Assembly: GCA_964389125.1 (NCBI GenBank)
Contig: CAYMDX010000005.1
Location: 1 to 42,682 of the forward strand
Source: an uncultured Bacteroidales bacterium
GTDB lineage: Bacteria; Bacteroidota; Bacteroidia; Bacteroidales; UBA7960
Length of the DNA: 42,682 bases
Direction of reading: 5' to 3'
Shown: positions 1 through 9,024 of the stretch, piece after piece
Position numbering within the stretch: the first letter of the stretch is position 1
Layout: the number at the start of each line of letters is the position of its first letter
The notes under the pieces: generated by a model
Told to the model about the DNA's origin: nothing
The model's database searches: none
Seen by the model: only the letters and a program-made list of their open reading frames with translations
Translations under genes and position numbers: made by a program

Positions 1-59
1 TTTCATGTGTTTGTATTTGCGTTACTATTTGTAATTCAGTGTTTTGTGATTCTATACCT

Positions 60-2708
60 TTACCCGCACTTGCTGTCTCCGCAATTGGTGCATGCCAGGC
101 AACCTTCCTGGTATACCACCGTATCCGTTTGATTACAGTTCTGGCATATTCGGCCAATCGCTTTGGTTCCATCGGGGATGAATCGCTTCAGGGCGCGAAC
201 AACCCCATTCTTCCAGGTATGCAGCCGGTCAGTATTAAAGCTTAGATCTTCAATCACATCCACCACCGACGGAAGGGGCATGCCATGTCGCAAGATCCCC
301 GATATCAGCTTGGCATAGTTCCAATATTCTTTGTGGAAGGAACGTGATAACCCTTCAATGGTTACACGGTAGCCGTCATTGTCCAGGAACTGAAAATCAT
401 AGCGTTTTTCGCCGTTTGGCGTCCGGTTTTTGATTACCCAGCCTTTTTCTACATTGGGAGGTAGGTAGAAGCCTTCTGCCTTACCGGTAAAGATCTCATA
501 AGGCCTGTCATACAGCAAACCAACAACAGCAAGCCATTTTTCAGATTCATTGTTGAAACGTACAACCTCTGCTTCCAGGACATTTGGTCGTTTTGGTGCC
601 TCGGTCTCCTTGAATTTGATTTCTTTCTCATTGTCTTTGACAAGCACACCGGAGCGTGAGCCGTCGCGGTAAACGGTTACACCTTTACAACCACTTTTCC
701 AGCCGGTCTGGTATATGTCCCCGACGAGTTCCTCGGATACGTCGCCCGGCACGTTTACCGTGACACTGATAGAGTGATCAACCCATTTTTGGACATTTCC
801 CTGCATGGTGACCTTGGACACCCAGTCCACGTCATTGGCAGTGGCTTTATAGTAGGGTGAGCGCCTGATAATGTTTTGCAGGGCTTTTTCATCCAGTTTT
901 TTCACTTCATCCAGATCGTAATCGTTGATCTCGAGCCAGTCAATGAATTTTTGGTGAAAAACATGGTATTCTTCCCAATGGTCACCAACTTCATCCACAA
1001 AGTCAACTTTGGCATTATTGTCGCTGGGGTTGACTTTACGACGTCTTTTATAGGCTACCATGAACACCGGTTCGATTCCCGAGGTTGTCTGTGTAAGGAT
1101 AGAGACGCTGCCTGTCGGCGCTATGGTCAGCAGGGCCACATTGCGTCGGCCATGCGTCTGCATATTTTTGTAAAGCTCCGGATCGGCTTCTTTGAGGCGT
1201 TCTATAAAAGGATTGCCTGCTTCCTTAAGGGTGTCATATACGGGGAAGGGACCCCTGTCTGCAGCAAGCTCAACAGAAGAACGATATGATTCAATGGCCA
1301 ATGTTTTATGTATGTTGGTGGAAAAGTCTGTGGCCTCTTGCGTGCCATAACGATAGCCCAATGCTGCCAGCATATCTCCTTCTGCCGTAATGCCGATGCC
1401 GGTCCGGCGGCCTTCCACACATTTGTCACGTATTTTCTTCCAGAGGGTATACTCCACCCGTCTCACCTCGTCGCTTTCAGGGTCATTGTCAATCTTGTTC
1501 AGGATGTTGTCGATCTTTTCCAGCTCCAGGTCAATGATGTCATCCATGATCCGCTGTGTATGAGCCACATGTTCTTTAAACAGATCAAAATCGAAGCTTG
1601 CTTTGTCCGTGAAGGGATGTTTCACGTAGCCAAAGAGGTTGATGGCAATCAGCCGGCAGCTGTCATAGGGGCATAGCGGTATTTCTCCGCACGGGTTGGT
1701 CGACAGGGTTTGGAAACCAAGGTCGGCGTAGCTGTCTGGCACTGATTCATTGACAACGGTATCCCAGAATAGTATCCCGGGTTCGGCTGACTTCCAGGCA
1801 TTGTGAATGATTTTGTTCCATAGCTCCCGGGCGTTAATTTTTTTTACATACTTCGGATTCGCTGAGTCGACCGGGTATTGCTGCACAAATTCTTTATCTT
1901 CTTCCACAGCCTGCATAAACTCGTCTGTGATTTTTACAGACACGTTGGCGCCTGTAACCTTGCCCTGTTCCAGCTTGGCATCTATAAAGTTCTCTGCGTC
2001 GGGATGTTTAATGGAGACCGTCAGCATCAATGCGCCCCTTCGACCGTCCTGGGCAACCTCTCTGGTGGAGTTGGAGTACCGTTCCATAAAAGGTACCAGC
2101 CCCGTTGATGTCAGGGCGCTGTTTTTTACCGGACTGCCCTGGGGCCGAATGTGCGACAGGTCATGCCCGACACCGCCACGCCTTTTCATAAGCTGCACCT
2201 GCTCTTCATCCACCTTCATGATCCCGCCGTAAGAATCGGCAGCGCCTTCATTGCCGATCACAAAACAGTTTGAGAGGGACCCGATCTGAAACGGATTGCC
2301 AATCCCGGCCATAGGGCTTCCCTGGGGCACAATGTAACGGAAATCCTTCAACAGTCGATAGAGGGTGTCTTCCGAAACCGGATTGGGATACCGTAACTCA
2401 ATGCGGTGCAGTTCCCTGGCAAGACGACGGTGCATATCATCGGGCGTGCGCTCATAAATGTTGCCCTCAGAATCTTTCAGGGCGTATTTGTTTACCCATA
2501 CGCTGGCCGCAAGCTGGTCTCCGCCAAAATAGTCGACAGACTGCTTCATGACTTCATCGTAATCATATTTTGTATAAGATGATCCGACCACATCCCCGGT
2601 AGATTTTTCTGCTTCCGGACTCTCCCGTTTGTCCAGAACCTGATCGTAGAGGTTTTTTGCTTCCTTTTCCTTTTGTTGTTTATCGCTGAATGTGGTGTCG
2701 TTGCCCAT
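60..2708 (-). CDS. nrdJ: Class II (adenosylcobalamin-dependent) ribonucleotide reductase, 882 aa
   Basis: Full-length ORF. The translation carries RNR catalytic-core signatures (NPCGEIPL Cys loop, GGVGHDLS, TIAPTGS) and a C-terminal Cys-rich tail (CQNC...CLACTNCGDSKC). Length and layout fit B12-dependent NrdJ. Confidence 0.9.
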   Translation of the reverse strand: MGNDTTFSDKQQKEKEAKNLYDQVLDKRESPEAEKSTGDVVGSSYTKYDYDEVMKQSVDYFGGDQLAASVWVNKYALKDSEGNIYERTPDDMHRRLARELHRIELRYPNPVSEDTLYRLLKDFRYIVPQGSPMAGIGNPFQIGSLSNCFVIGNEGAADSYGGIMKVDEEQVQLMKRRGGVGHDLSHIRPQGSPVKNSALTSTGLVPFMERYSNSTREVAQDGRRGALMLTVSIKHPDAENFIDAKLEQGKVTGANVSVKITDEFMQAVEEDKEFVQQYPVDSANPKYVKKINARELWNKIIHNAWKSAEPGILFWDTVVNESVPDSYADLGFQTLSTNPCGEIPLCPYDSCRLIAINLFGYVKHPFTDKASFDFDLFKEHVAHTQRIMDDIIDLELEKIDNILNKIDNDPESDEVRRVEYTLWKKIRDKCVEGRRTGIGITAEGDMLAALGYRYGTQEATDFSTNIHKTLAIESYRSSVELAADRGPFPVYDTLKEAGNPFIERLKEADPELYKNMQTHGRRNVALLTIAPTGSVSILTQTTSGIEPVFMVAYKRRRKVNPSDNNAKVDFVDEVGDHWEEYHVFHQKFIDWLEINDYDLDEVKKLDEKALQNIIRRSPYYKATANDVDWVSKVTMQGNVQKWVDHSISVTVNVPGDVSEELVGDIYQTGWKSGCKGVTVYRDGSRSGVLVKDNEKEIKFKETEAPKRPNVLEAEVVRFNNESEKWLAVVGLLYDRPYEIFTGKAEGFYLPPNVEKGWVIKNRTPNGEKRYDFQFLDNDGYRVTIEGLSRSFHKEYWNYAKLISGILRHGMPLPSVVDVIEDLSFNTDRLHTWKNGVVRALKRFIPDGTKAIGRICQNCNQTDTVVYQEGCLACTNCGDSKCG

Positions 2709-2987
2709 ATTGTTGTTTTTTTAAGTCGTTAAACTGGCAGCGCATAGCGCTTTAATTCATTAAAGAAATCTGTGTAAAATAAACTAAGTGTAGTCTGTCT
2801 AACGAAGTTAAAAAACAAATCAACTAAGTGAGTCTGGATATTATTAACAAAAAGGCAAAGATATTAACAGGTGATGGCTAACTGATTGATAAAAAACAGT
2901 ATAGCTTGCCACCTTAAACCTTTTTCAGGGGATATAGGACTAAATTACAGATCTTGAGCAAAATAAGTAGCGGTTTGTAAAATATTT

Positions 2988-4071
2988 TTAGGAAAATGCG
3001 ATCAGGTATGCTCTGATAAACGCATTAATTTCACCGTCCATTACATTTTGTACATTGGATGTTTCCACACCGGTTCGAAGGTCCTTTACCATTTTATAGG
3101 GGTGAAAAACATAGCTTCTGATTTGCGAGCCCCATTCAATCTTTTTTTTGCTGTCTTCGAGGGCGTCTATTTTTTCTTTCTTTTTTCGAAGTTCGATTTC
3201 GTACAGCTGGGATTTAAGCATGGTAAGCGCTTTTTCCCTGTTCTGGCTTTGCGAGCGTGTTTCCTGACATTCAACGACCAGGCCTGATGGGGCGTGTTTT
3301 ACCCGGACGGCACTTTCTACTTTGTTGACATTTTGTCCGCCCGGTCCGCTTGAGCGGAACGTGTCCCAGCTCAGGTCCGCAGGATTGATTTCAACGTGTA
3401 TATTTTCATTTACCAGGGGAAAGGCGTATACCGAGGCAAAGGAGGTATGCCGCTTGTGGTTGGCATCGAAAGGTGACAATCTCACCAGCCGGTGAACACC
3501 ACTTTCTCCTTTCAGATAGCCGTAAGCATGCTCACCATCAAACTCAATGGATGCACTTTTAATACCAGCGCCGTCTCCCTCCTGGATATCCAGGACACTT
3601 GATTTGAAGTCGTTGCGCTCACCCCATCGGAGATACATCCGCATGAGCATTTCCGCCCAGTCCTGGCTCTCCGTACCACCTGCACCGGAGTTGATGGTTA
3701 CGATGGCGCTCAGGTGATCCTCCTCATTATGAAGCATTTTCTTGAATTCCAGATCCTCTATCAGCTCACGGGTTTCTTCATACAGCTTGTCCAACTCCTC
3801 CAGGGAACCCTCCCCTTCCTGGTAAAATTCATGCAGTACGTTCAGGTCTTCCAACTTTTGACCTGCCTTGTCAAAAGCGTCAACCCATTTCTTGAGGCTG
3901 GCTATCTGCTTTAGTTTTTTTTCGGCTTCCTGTGGAACATCCCAGAAATCAGGGGCCTCCGTCATTCTTTGCATTTCATGCACCTGTTCCCTTTTTCCAT
4001 CGATGTCAAAGAAACCTCCTTAAGGCATCCAGCCTCTGATCAAGATCTTGAATGTTACCTGTAAATGTCAT
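2988..4071 (-). CDS. prfB: Peptide chain release factor 2, made by a programmed +1 frameshift (ORF0 4071..4009, 21 codons; ORF1 4007..2988); about 360 aa
   Basis: The track ORF (2988..3983) has the RF2 SPF motif (RLSPFD) and the GGQ motif (SGPGGQNVNK) but lacks the N-terminus. My hand translation upstream gives ATG at 4071, MTFTGNIQDLDQRLDALRRFL, then an in-frame TGA. Shifting +1 at CTT TGA C joins exactly into the 2988..3983 frame (DIDGKREQ-VHEMQRM...). Confidence 0.93.
4005..4020 (-). promoter_or_regulatory. prfB autoregulatory +1 frameshift site: AGGAGG-TTT-CTT-TGA-C
   Basis: Read directly on the minus strand: SD-like AGGAGG (4020..4015), a 3-nt spacer, the slippery CTT (4011..4009), stop TGA (4008..4006), then C. 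This is the same architecture as the E. coli prfB site (AGGGGG UAU CUU UGA C). Confidence 0.9.
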
Positions 4072-4134
4072 GGTATTAAATGTTATAGTTATCTTTTAAA
4101 ACATCAACAGCGTTGTCCTGTTGATTCAATGGTG

Positions 4135-4611
4135 TTATGCTGTTTGATTCCCTATGACCTCCCACACCAGGTGAGGCTCAAAACCTTTTTGTATGCAATA
4201 CGCCGCGGTTTTTTCCCGGATATTGGCTTTCCCTTTTTCCTGTAGTTCCTGCTTCTTTTTGTTTATCAGTGTGCTGAGAATGTCCAGGTACTCCTGCCGG
4301 TCGATTTCCGAAACGGCATGCCGGATCATCTCTTCCGGGATATCATACTCTTTCAGGGTTGCCCTGATCTTTACGGTTCCCCAGCGGTTATTGTGCAGTT
4401 TGCCCCGGACAAATAGTTGGGCAAAACGCTGATTGTCAATGAAACCTTCCTGTTGTAACTGTTCAATGATGTTGGCGGTCTGCTCACTGCTTGCGCCTTC
4501 CATGGCAAGTTTCCTTTCAACCTCCCGGGTGCAGCGCTCCCGATAGGCACAAAACCGCCTGGCTTTTTTGTCCAGATGAGCAACTGTGTTATTGTTATTC
4601 TGCCCTGCCAT
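4135..4611 (-). CDS. recX: RecX-family regulatory protein (158 aa from the internal ATG; the track start at 4695 is probably over-extended)
   Basis: The helical-repeat RecX-like sequence begins at ...KKARRFCAYRERCTREVERKL. Length from Met29 of the track ORF matches typical RecX (about 150-160 aa). The upstream 28 codons are hydrophobic/Cys-rich and begin 4 nt after the rng stop. Confidence 0.7.
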   Translation of the reverse strand: MAGQNNNNTVAHLDKKARRFCAYRERCTREVERKLAMEGASSEQTANIIEQLQQEGFIDNQRFAQLFVRGKLHNNRWGTVKIRATLKEYDIPEEMIRHAVSEIDRQEYLDILSTLINKKKQELQEKGKANIREKTAAYCIQKGFEPHLVWEVIGNQTA

Positions 4612-4698
4612 GTGTAGGTCTTGTTGTCCACGATAGTCAAAACAGGTAAAATACAGCAGACCGGCACCTGAGCGCTGGTCTGCTGTATCTGTCAAAAG

Positions 4699-6249
4699 TC
4701 ATAACTTGATTTCGTCATCCAGTTTATTAAAAAACCGGTATTCGAGGAAGTGATAGGATGTTGAGGGGTGTATGCTTATCCACTTTTTGTATTTAAAGAA
4801 CCATTTTAACCGTATAGAAGGCCATCCCTGTTTCAGGAAAGCGTGAATAAAAGGATGAACCCTCAGTGTTAGTGAAGATTCATTTTGCTCCCGGATCAGG
4901 TAACGCAGATTGCTTTCTATCTCATCGATCATGATGATACTCGGTTTGATTTTTCCGGAACCTCCACAGGCCGGACATTTTTCCAGTATTTCAACGTTGG
5001 TTTCGGACCTGACCCGCTGCCTGGTGATTTGCACCAGACCAAATTTACTGGGAGGGAGGACATTGTGTTTGGCCCGGTCTTTCTTCATCTCCTCCTTCAT
5101 CTTTTCGTATAGTTTTCTGCGGTTGACAGACTGTACCATATCGATGAAGTCAACGACAATGATGCCGCCCATATCGCGAAGACGAAGTTGTCTGGCGATC
5201 TCGACGGCAGCCTCCAGGTTTACGTCCAGGGCATTGGCCTCCTGGGTGTTTTCACTACTGATGCGCTGTCCACTATTTACGTCGATCACGTGAAGGGCTT
5301 CTGTGTGCTCAATGACCAGATAAGCACCGCTTTTAAAAGAAACAATCTTACCAAAAGAACCTTTGATCTGTTTCTCAACACCAAAGTGATCAAAAATCGG
5401 GGGTTTTCCTTTGTATAATTTGAGGATGTCCAACTTTTCAGGGGCGATGGTTTTGATGTAATCCCTGAGTTCCTCAAACATCATGTGGTCATTAACATGA
5501 ATATTATTAAAGGATTCATTTAACAGGTCGCGCAACATAGCCGAAGAGCGATTGATCTCGCCCTGAATGATGCGCGGCGGCTTTGCGTTGGATAGCTTTT
5601 CAGCAATGTTATACCATTTTGAGACCAGGTTGTTCAGGTCAGCATCCAGGTCGGCTACCATTTTACCTTCGGCAACCGTCCGGATAATAACGCCGAAATT
5701 TTTGGGCTTAATGCTCTTGACCAGCCGCTTTAGTCGACTTTTCTCTTCAGAACTCTGTATTTTTTGCGATACCGAAATACGGTCTGAAAAAGGTACCAGT
5801 ACCAGATAACGGCCGGCTAAAGAAACTTCTGTCGTGATACGTGGCCCTTTGGTTGAAATGGGTTCTTTAGCAATCTGAACAAGAATGGTCTGGCTGTTGG
5901 ACAGCACCTCGGTGATCTTGCCGGTTTTTTCAATCTCTTCTTCAAGATGAAAATTATCCATGGGCAACACCTTGGTCTTACCCGCCATAGCCAGCTTGGT
6001 GTATTTGTTCAGACTGTTGACCTGGCTTCCCAGGTCCAGATAGTGTAAAAAAGCATCTTTCTCATATCCTACATCAACAAAGGCGGCATTCAGTCCGGGA
6101 ATGATTTTCTTTATCTTTCCGAGATATATGTCGCCTACGGAGTAATTGTTGTTCTTGCGGTCGCGATGAAGCTCAACAAGGCGCTTCTCCTCGAGCAATG
6201 CCATAACAACCTCCGATGTGCCGGAATTGATTATTAGCTCTTTGTTCAC
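4699..6249 (-). CDS. rng: Ribonuclease G / RNase E-G family endoribonuclease, 516 aa (GTG start)
   Basis: N-terminal S1-like domain (YSVGDIYLGKIKKIIPGLNAAFVDVG) and the catalytic region (HVIDVNSG, GGIIVVDFIDM). The upstream in-frame ATG at 6273 meets a stop after 3 codons, so GTG at 6249 is the start. Confidence 0.88.
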   Translation of the reverse strand: MNKELIINSGTSEVVMALLEEKRLVELHRDRKNNNYSVGDIYLGKIKKIIPGLNAAFVDVGYEKDAFLHYLDLGSQVNSLNKYTKLAMAGKTKVLPMDNFHLEEEIEKTGKITEVLSNSQTILVQIAKEPISTKGPRITTEVSLAGRYLVLVPFSDRISVSQKIQSSEEKSRLKRLVKSIKPKNFGVIIRTVAEGKMVADLDADLNNLVSKWYNIAEKLSNAKPPRIIQGEINRSSAMLRDLLNESFNNIHVNDHMMFEELRDYIKTIAPEKLDILKLYKGKPPIFDHFGVEKQIKGSFGKIVSFKSGAYLVIEHTEALHVIDVNSGQRISSENTQEANALDVNLEAAVEIARQLRLRDMGGIIVVDFIDMVQSVNRRKLYEKMKEEMKKDRAKHNVLPPSKFGLVQITRQRVRSETNVEILEKCPACGGSGKIKPSIIMIDEIESNLRYLIREQNESSLTLRVHPFIHAFLKQGWPSIRLKWFFKYKKWISIHPSTSYHFLEYRFFNKLDDEIKL

Positions 6250-6328
6250 AATGATGATACTTTATTTGTTCATATCCAGTCATGTTTTATGAATGGGTGG
6301 AAGGGTAAAACAGCCATGGGTATGGCCG

Positions 6329-6373
6329 GCTAAAATAAAATTACATAACACCGGGGGAGGTATTATGTAATTT
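6329..6373 (-). terminator. Putative intrinsic terminator after the hup/bS22 unit (AT-rich 11-bp stem)
   Basis: Inverted repeat AAATTACATAA (6338-6348) / TTATGTAATTT (6363-6373) with a 14-nt loop. On the minus strand it is followed by TTTATTTTA. The stem is almost all A/T, so it is weak. Confidence 0.35.
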
Positions 6374-6411
6374 ATAATGAGAAAAGATTGGTATAACTCC
6401 CCATTAGCGCA

Positions 6412-6501
6412 TTATTTCTTCTTATGCCGGTTTTTCCTTAGGCGTTTTTTGCGCTTGTGGTTTGACATTTTATGTCTCTTTTTCTTTTTTCCGCTTGGCA
6501 T
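6412..6501 (-). CDS. 29-aa highly basic micro-protein, bS22-type (AURKAIP1/COX24-like) small ribosomal protein
   Basis: Not in the ORF track (too short). Hand translation: ATG at 6501, MPSGKKKKRHKMSNHKRKKRLRKNRHKKK, TAA at 6414..6412. The KR-rich pattern ...K(R/H)KMS..HKRKKRLR..R resembles mycobacterial bS22 (...[20 protein letters not shown]...). It lies between hup and rng on the same strand. Confidence 0.6.
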   Translation of the reverse strand: MPSGKKKKRHKMSNHKRKKRLRKNRHKKK

Positions 6502-6560
6502 GTTACTCTCCTGTGTTAATAGATTAAAAAATACTGTTGCTTGTGCCGGTTAAAAACCGG

Positions 6561-6851
6561 TTATTCTGGTTTTACGTTTGCTTTAACTTCATTTACAAAC
6601 TCTTTGGCCGGTTTAAATGAAGGAATGCAGTGGGCCGGGATAATAATCGTTGTGTTCTTGGAAATGTTACGGCCGGTTTTTTCTGCCCTTTCTTTAATGA
6701 TGAAACTGCCAAAACCCCGCAGATAAACGTTATCTCCTTTTACTAATGCATTTTTTACAGTGCCCATAAAAGCTTCTACGGTTGCCTGTACAGCTACTTT
6801 TTCAATGCCGGTTTTGTTGGCAATTTCGGTTACGATTTCTGCTTTAGTCAT
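6561..6851 (-). CDS. hup: HU-family DNA-binding protein, 96 aa
   Basis: Classic HU/IHF sequence: MTKAEIV..IA...G..K......V.AF.......L..G..V.LRGFGSF...ERA...GRN.. Confidence 0.9.
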   Translation of the reverse strand: MTKAEIVTEIANKTGIEKVAVQATVEAFMGTVKNALVKGDNVYLRGFGSFIIKERAEKTGRNISKNTTIIIPAHCIPSFKPAKEFVNEVKANVKPE

Positions 6852-6910
6852 AATTCTTTATTTTTTTGGTTATAAGGAATTTATACTATGTTTATCATGA
6901 TTAGAGGCTG

Positions 6911-6945
6911 CAAAGATAACTTTTTTCTGAAGATTCGAAAACAAA
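6911..6945 (-). promoter_or_regulatory. Bacteroidota-type promoter candidate for hup (TTTG-N23-TATCTTTG)
   Basis: Minus strand: an exact TAnnTTTG match (TATCTTTG, 6918..6911), with TTTG at 6945..6942. It sits about 60 nt upstream of the hup ATG. Confidence 0.45.
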
Positions 6946-7008
6946 TTAATTATTTTTACATCAATCAATTAGCCGGTTTTTGAACATAATTCCGGCCCGA
7001 ATGTCACG

Positions 7009-8079
7009 ATGGATTTTACTGAACAATTGCTTTTGTGGTACAAAGAGAACGGCCGGTCACTTCCCTGGCGTGAAAACCGTGATGTATATCATACATGGAT
7101 CTCTGAGATCATCCTTCAGCAAACCCGGATGGAGCAGGGGCTGGCCTATTATAACCGTTTTGTGGAAACTTTCCCGGATCTCCATGCGCTGGCAAATGCG
7201 TCTGAAGATCAGGTTTTACGTCTGTGGCAGGGTCTGGGATATTATACACGTGCCCGAAACCTGCATGAAGCCGCCAAATATATCCATGACCAGATGGGTG
7301 GAAGCTTCCCCATGAGTAGCAAAGCGTGGATGAAGGTAAAAGGCGTCGGCCCTTATACGGCAGCAGCAATTGCCTCTATCGCTTTCGATGAACCCGTTCC
7401 CGCTATTGACGGAAATGTTTACCGGATACTGGCAAGAATATTTGCCATCAGAGAACCGATTGTTACACAAGCAGGCAAAAAGACATTTCATGAGTTCGCA
7501 GAACAGCTCATGCCCATCAACCATCCGGGTGATTTCAACCAGGCGATGATGGATTTCGGGTCATTGGTTTGCCGACCGACCAATCCACTTTGCCACGAAT
7601 GTTTTTATTTTTATAAATGCCTTGCCCGTCTGCAAAATGCCGTTTCGGAATTCCCGGTAAAGCGCCCCAAAAAGCCTCCGCGGAATCGGTGTTTTAACTA
7701 CTTTTTCTTTTATCAGCATCTGACCGGAGAAGAGGTAGCCTTCTTTGTACAAAAACGTGCCAGCCGTGATATATGGAAAAACATGTATGAGCTGCCCCTG
7801 CTGGAAACCGTTCAGGAATTAGTGGCGTCAGATATGATGAAAGACTCCTGGTGGGCAAAGTATTTTGATATACAACATCAGCCGGTTTTTTATTCTGAGC
7901 CGGCAATCGTTAAACATCAGCTTACCCATCAGACAATTTATGCACGTTTGTATCGGGTGCAGACAGATGAAGCTATGGCAGCTTTGCTGTCAAAAAAATA
8001 TGTGAAGGTGAACAAAGAAACCTTCGAAGGTATGGCTAAACCCAGGCTTATAGAGAGGTTGTTGAAAAAAGCATTGTAA
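7009..8079 (+). CDS. mutY: A/G-specific adenine DNA glycosylase, 356 aa
   Basis: HhH-GPD domain (WQGLGYYTRARNLH, KGVGPYTAAAI), 4Fe-4S Cys cluster (C-x6-C-x2-C-x5-C: CRPTNPLCHECFYFYKC) and a NUDIX-like C-terminal domain. Confidence 0.9.
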   Translation: MDFTEQLLLWYKENGRSLPWRENRDVYHTWISEIILQQTRMEQGLAYYNRFVETFPDLHALANASEDQVLRLWQGLGYYTRARNLHEAAKYIHDQMGGSFPMSSKAWMKVKGVGPYTAAAIASIAFDEPVPAIDGNVYRILARIFAIREPIVTQAGKKTFHEFAEQLMPINHPGDFNQAMMDFGSLVCRPTNPLCHECFYFYKCLARLQNAVSEFPVKRPKKPPRNRCFNYFFFYQHLTGEEVAFFVQKRASRDIWKNMYELPLLETVQELVASDMMKDSWWAKYFDIQHQPVFYSEPAIVKHQLTHQTIYARLYRVQTDEAMAALLSKKYVKVNKETFEGMAKPRLIERLLKKAL

Positions 8080-8186
8080 AACAAAAGAATGATGATCTTT
8101 TATGAGAATGCCTGCATTTTTTTCTACCTTCGGAACACGAAGTCGCGAGGATACGAAGCCATTAGCAACCGCTCACTTCTTCCTCC

Positions 8187-8250
8187 CAGCTTCCAGCTTC
8201 AAGCTTTTTTCACCGTTTACCGTTCACTGTTCACCGTTCACCGTTCATCG
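8187..8250. repeat. Compound heptanucleotide tandem repeat: 3 x CAGCTTC-like followed by 6 x TTCACCG-like
   Basis: Read directly: cagcttc cagcttc aagcttt (8187-8207), then ttcaccg tttaccg ttcactg ttcaccg ttcaccg ttcatcg (8209-8250). It is intergenic, between mutY and ssb. Confidence 0.9.
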
Positions 8251-8460
8251 AGCAAATAACACTTTTAAACAAAACTAAACTGGTCCAACTATAACGCTTG
8301 CAAATAAATAACAAGAGAGTGGTTCTTTGGGGGTGGATAAAAAAGTTTATACCGGTAACATTACTATTTTGGCCGCCGGGGATCATTATTTATTAACATG
8401 TTGTAAAAAACATTAAATTAGCATACATAAAATTATTATTAACAGCAAAAACTAAGCATT

Positions 8461-8889
8461 ATGGCAGGTGTGAACAAAGTAATTTTACTTGGGAATCTTG
8501 GTAAAGATCCCGACGTAATGACCCTGGAAAGCGGGGTAAAGGTTGTTCGTTTCCCTTTGGCAACCAATGAGTATTATAAGGGTAAGGATGGTGAAACTGT
8601 TGAAAAGACAGAGTGGCACCGTGTGGTACTATGGCGAAACAGGGCTGAACTGGCGGAAAAATATCTGTCCAAAGGTCGCCCGGTGTATATTGAAGGCCGC
8701 CTGCAAACCCGTCAGTGGGAAGATAAGGAGGGAAATAAACGGTATACCACTGAAGTTGTAGGGGATGTGATAAACTTTATTGGGGGCAAACCAGGACAAG
8801 GTGGTGAGGATACGTCCAGATCCGGAGGTGAACAATCTGATGATCAAGTGCCTGGTTCTCCACCAGAGGAAGATGATCTGCCTTTTTAA
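8461..8889 (+). CDS. ssb: Single-stranded DNA-binding protein, 142 aa
   Basis: OB-fold N-terminus (MAGVNKVILLGNLGKDP...TEWHRVVLW), Gly/acidic linker and the canonical acidic tip ...EEDDLPF. Confidence 0.93.
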   Translation: MAGVNKVILLGNLGKDPDVMTLESGVKVVRFPLATNEYYKGKDGETVEKTEWHRVVLWRNRAELAEKYLSKGRPVYIEGRLQTRQWEDKEGNKRYTTEVVGDVINFIGGKPGQGGEDTSRSGGEQSDDQVPGSPPEEDDLPF

Positions 8890-8911
8890 AAAGGCTTTTG
8901 GAGCAGAAATG

Positions 8912-8966
8912 ACCGGGAGGCAGTTTTGTGTTTTATGCGCTATAGAATGCCTTCCGGTTATTTTTT
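8912..8966 (+). terminator. Putative intrinsic terminator after ssb
   Basis: ACCGGGAGGCA (8912-8922) pairs with TGCCTTCCGGT (8948-8958) with one mismatch, followed by TATTTTTT. The loop is large (25 nt). Confidence 0.4.
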
Positions 8967-9024
8967 CAGGATGCCCATAGTATACAATCCCGGCAGACTA
9001 CCTAAAAAATTCGCCAAAGACAAT

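Noticed and set aside
1-59. CAT at 4-6 followed by TGTGTTTGTATTT, resembling the start context of the 24677..25624 gene (25620-25640); possibly the start codon of a minus-strand gene running off the window
   Set aside because: Only the putative start codon would lie inside the window, so there is no coding evidence. The 13-nt similarity is A/T-rich start-context sequence and may be chance.
2709-2987. Possible cobalamin riboswitch or NrdR box upstream of nrdJ
   Set aside because: I could not find the B12-box core or the GGGAA/GGTG...CCCGCAAC-type elements on the minus strand, nor an NrdR-type palindrome. B12 riboswitches also normally control B12-independent RNRs, not nrdJ.
8104-8124. Possible mutY terminator (AATGC-CT-GCATT followed by TTTTTTT)
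   Set aside because: The loop of 2 nt is sterically impossible as drawn. Only a 3-4-bp stem remains, which is too weak to call.
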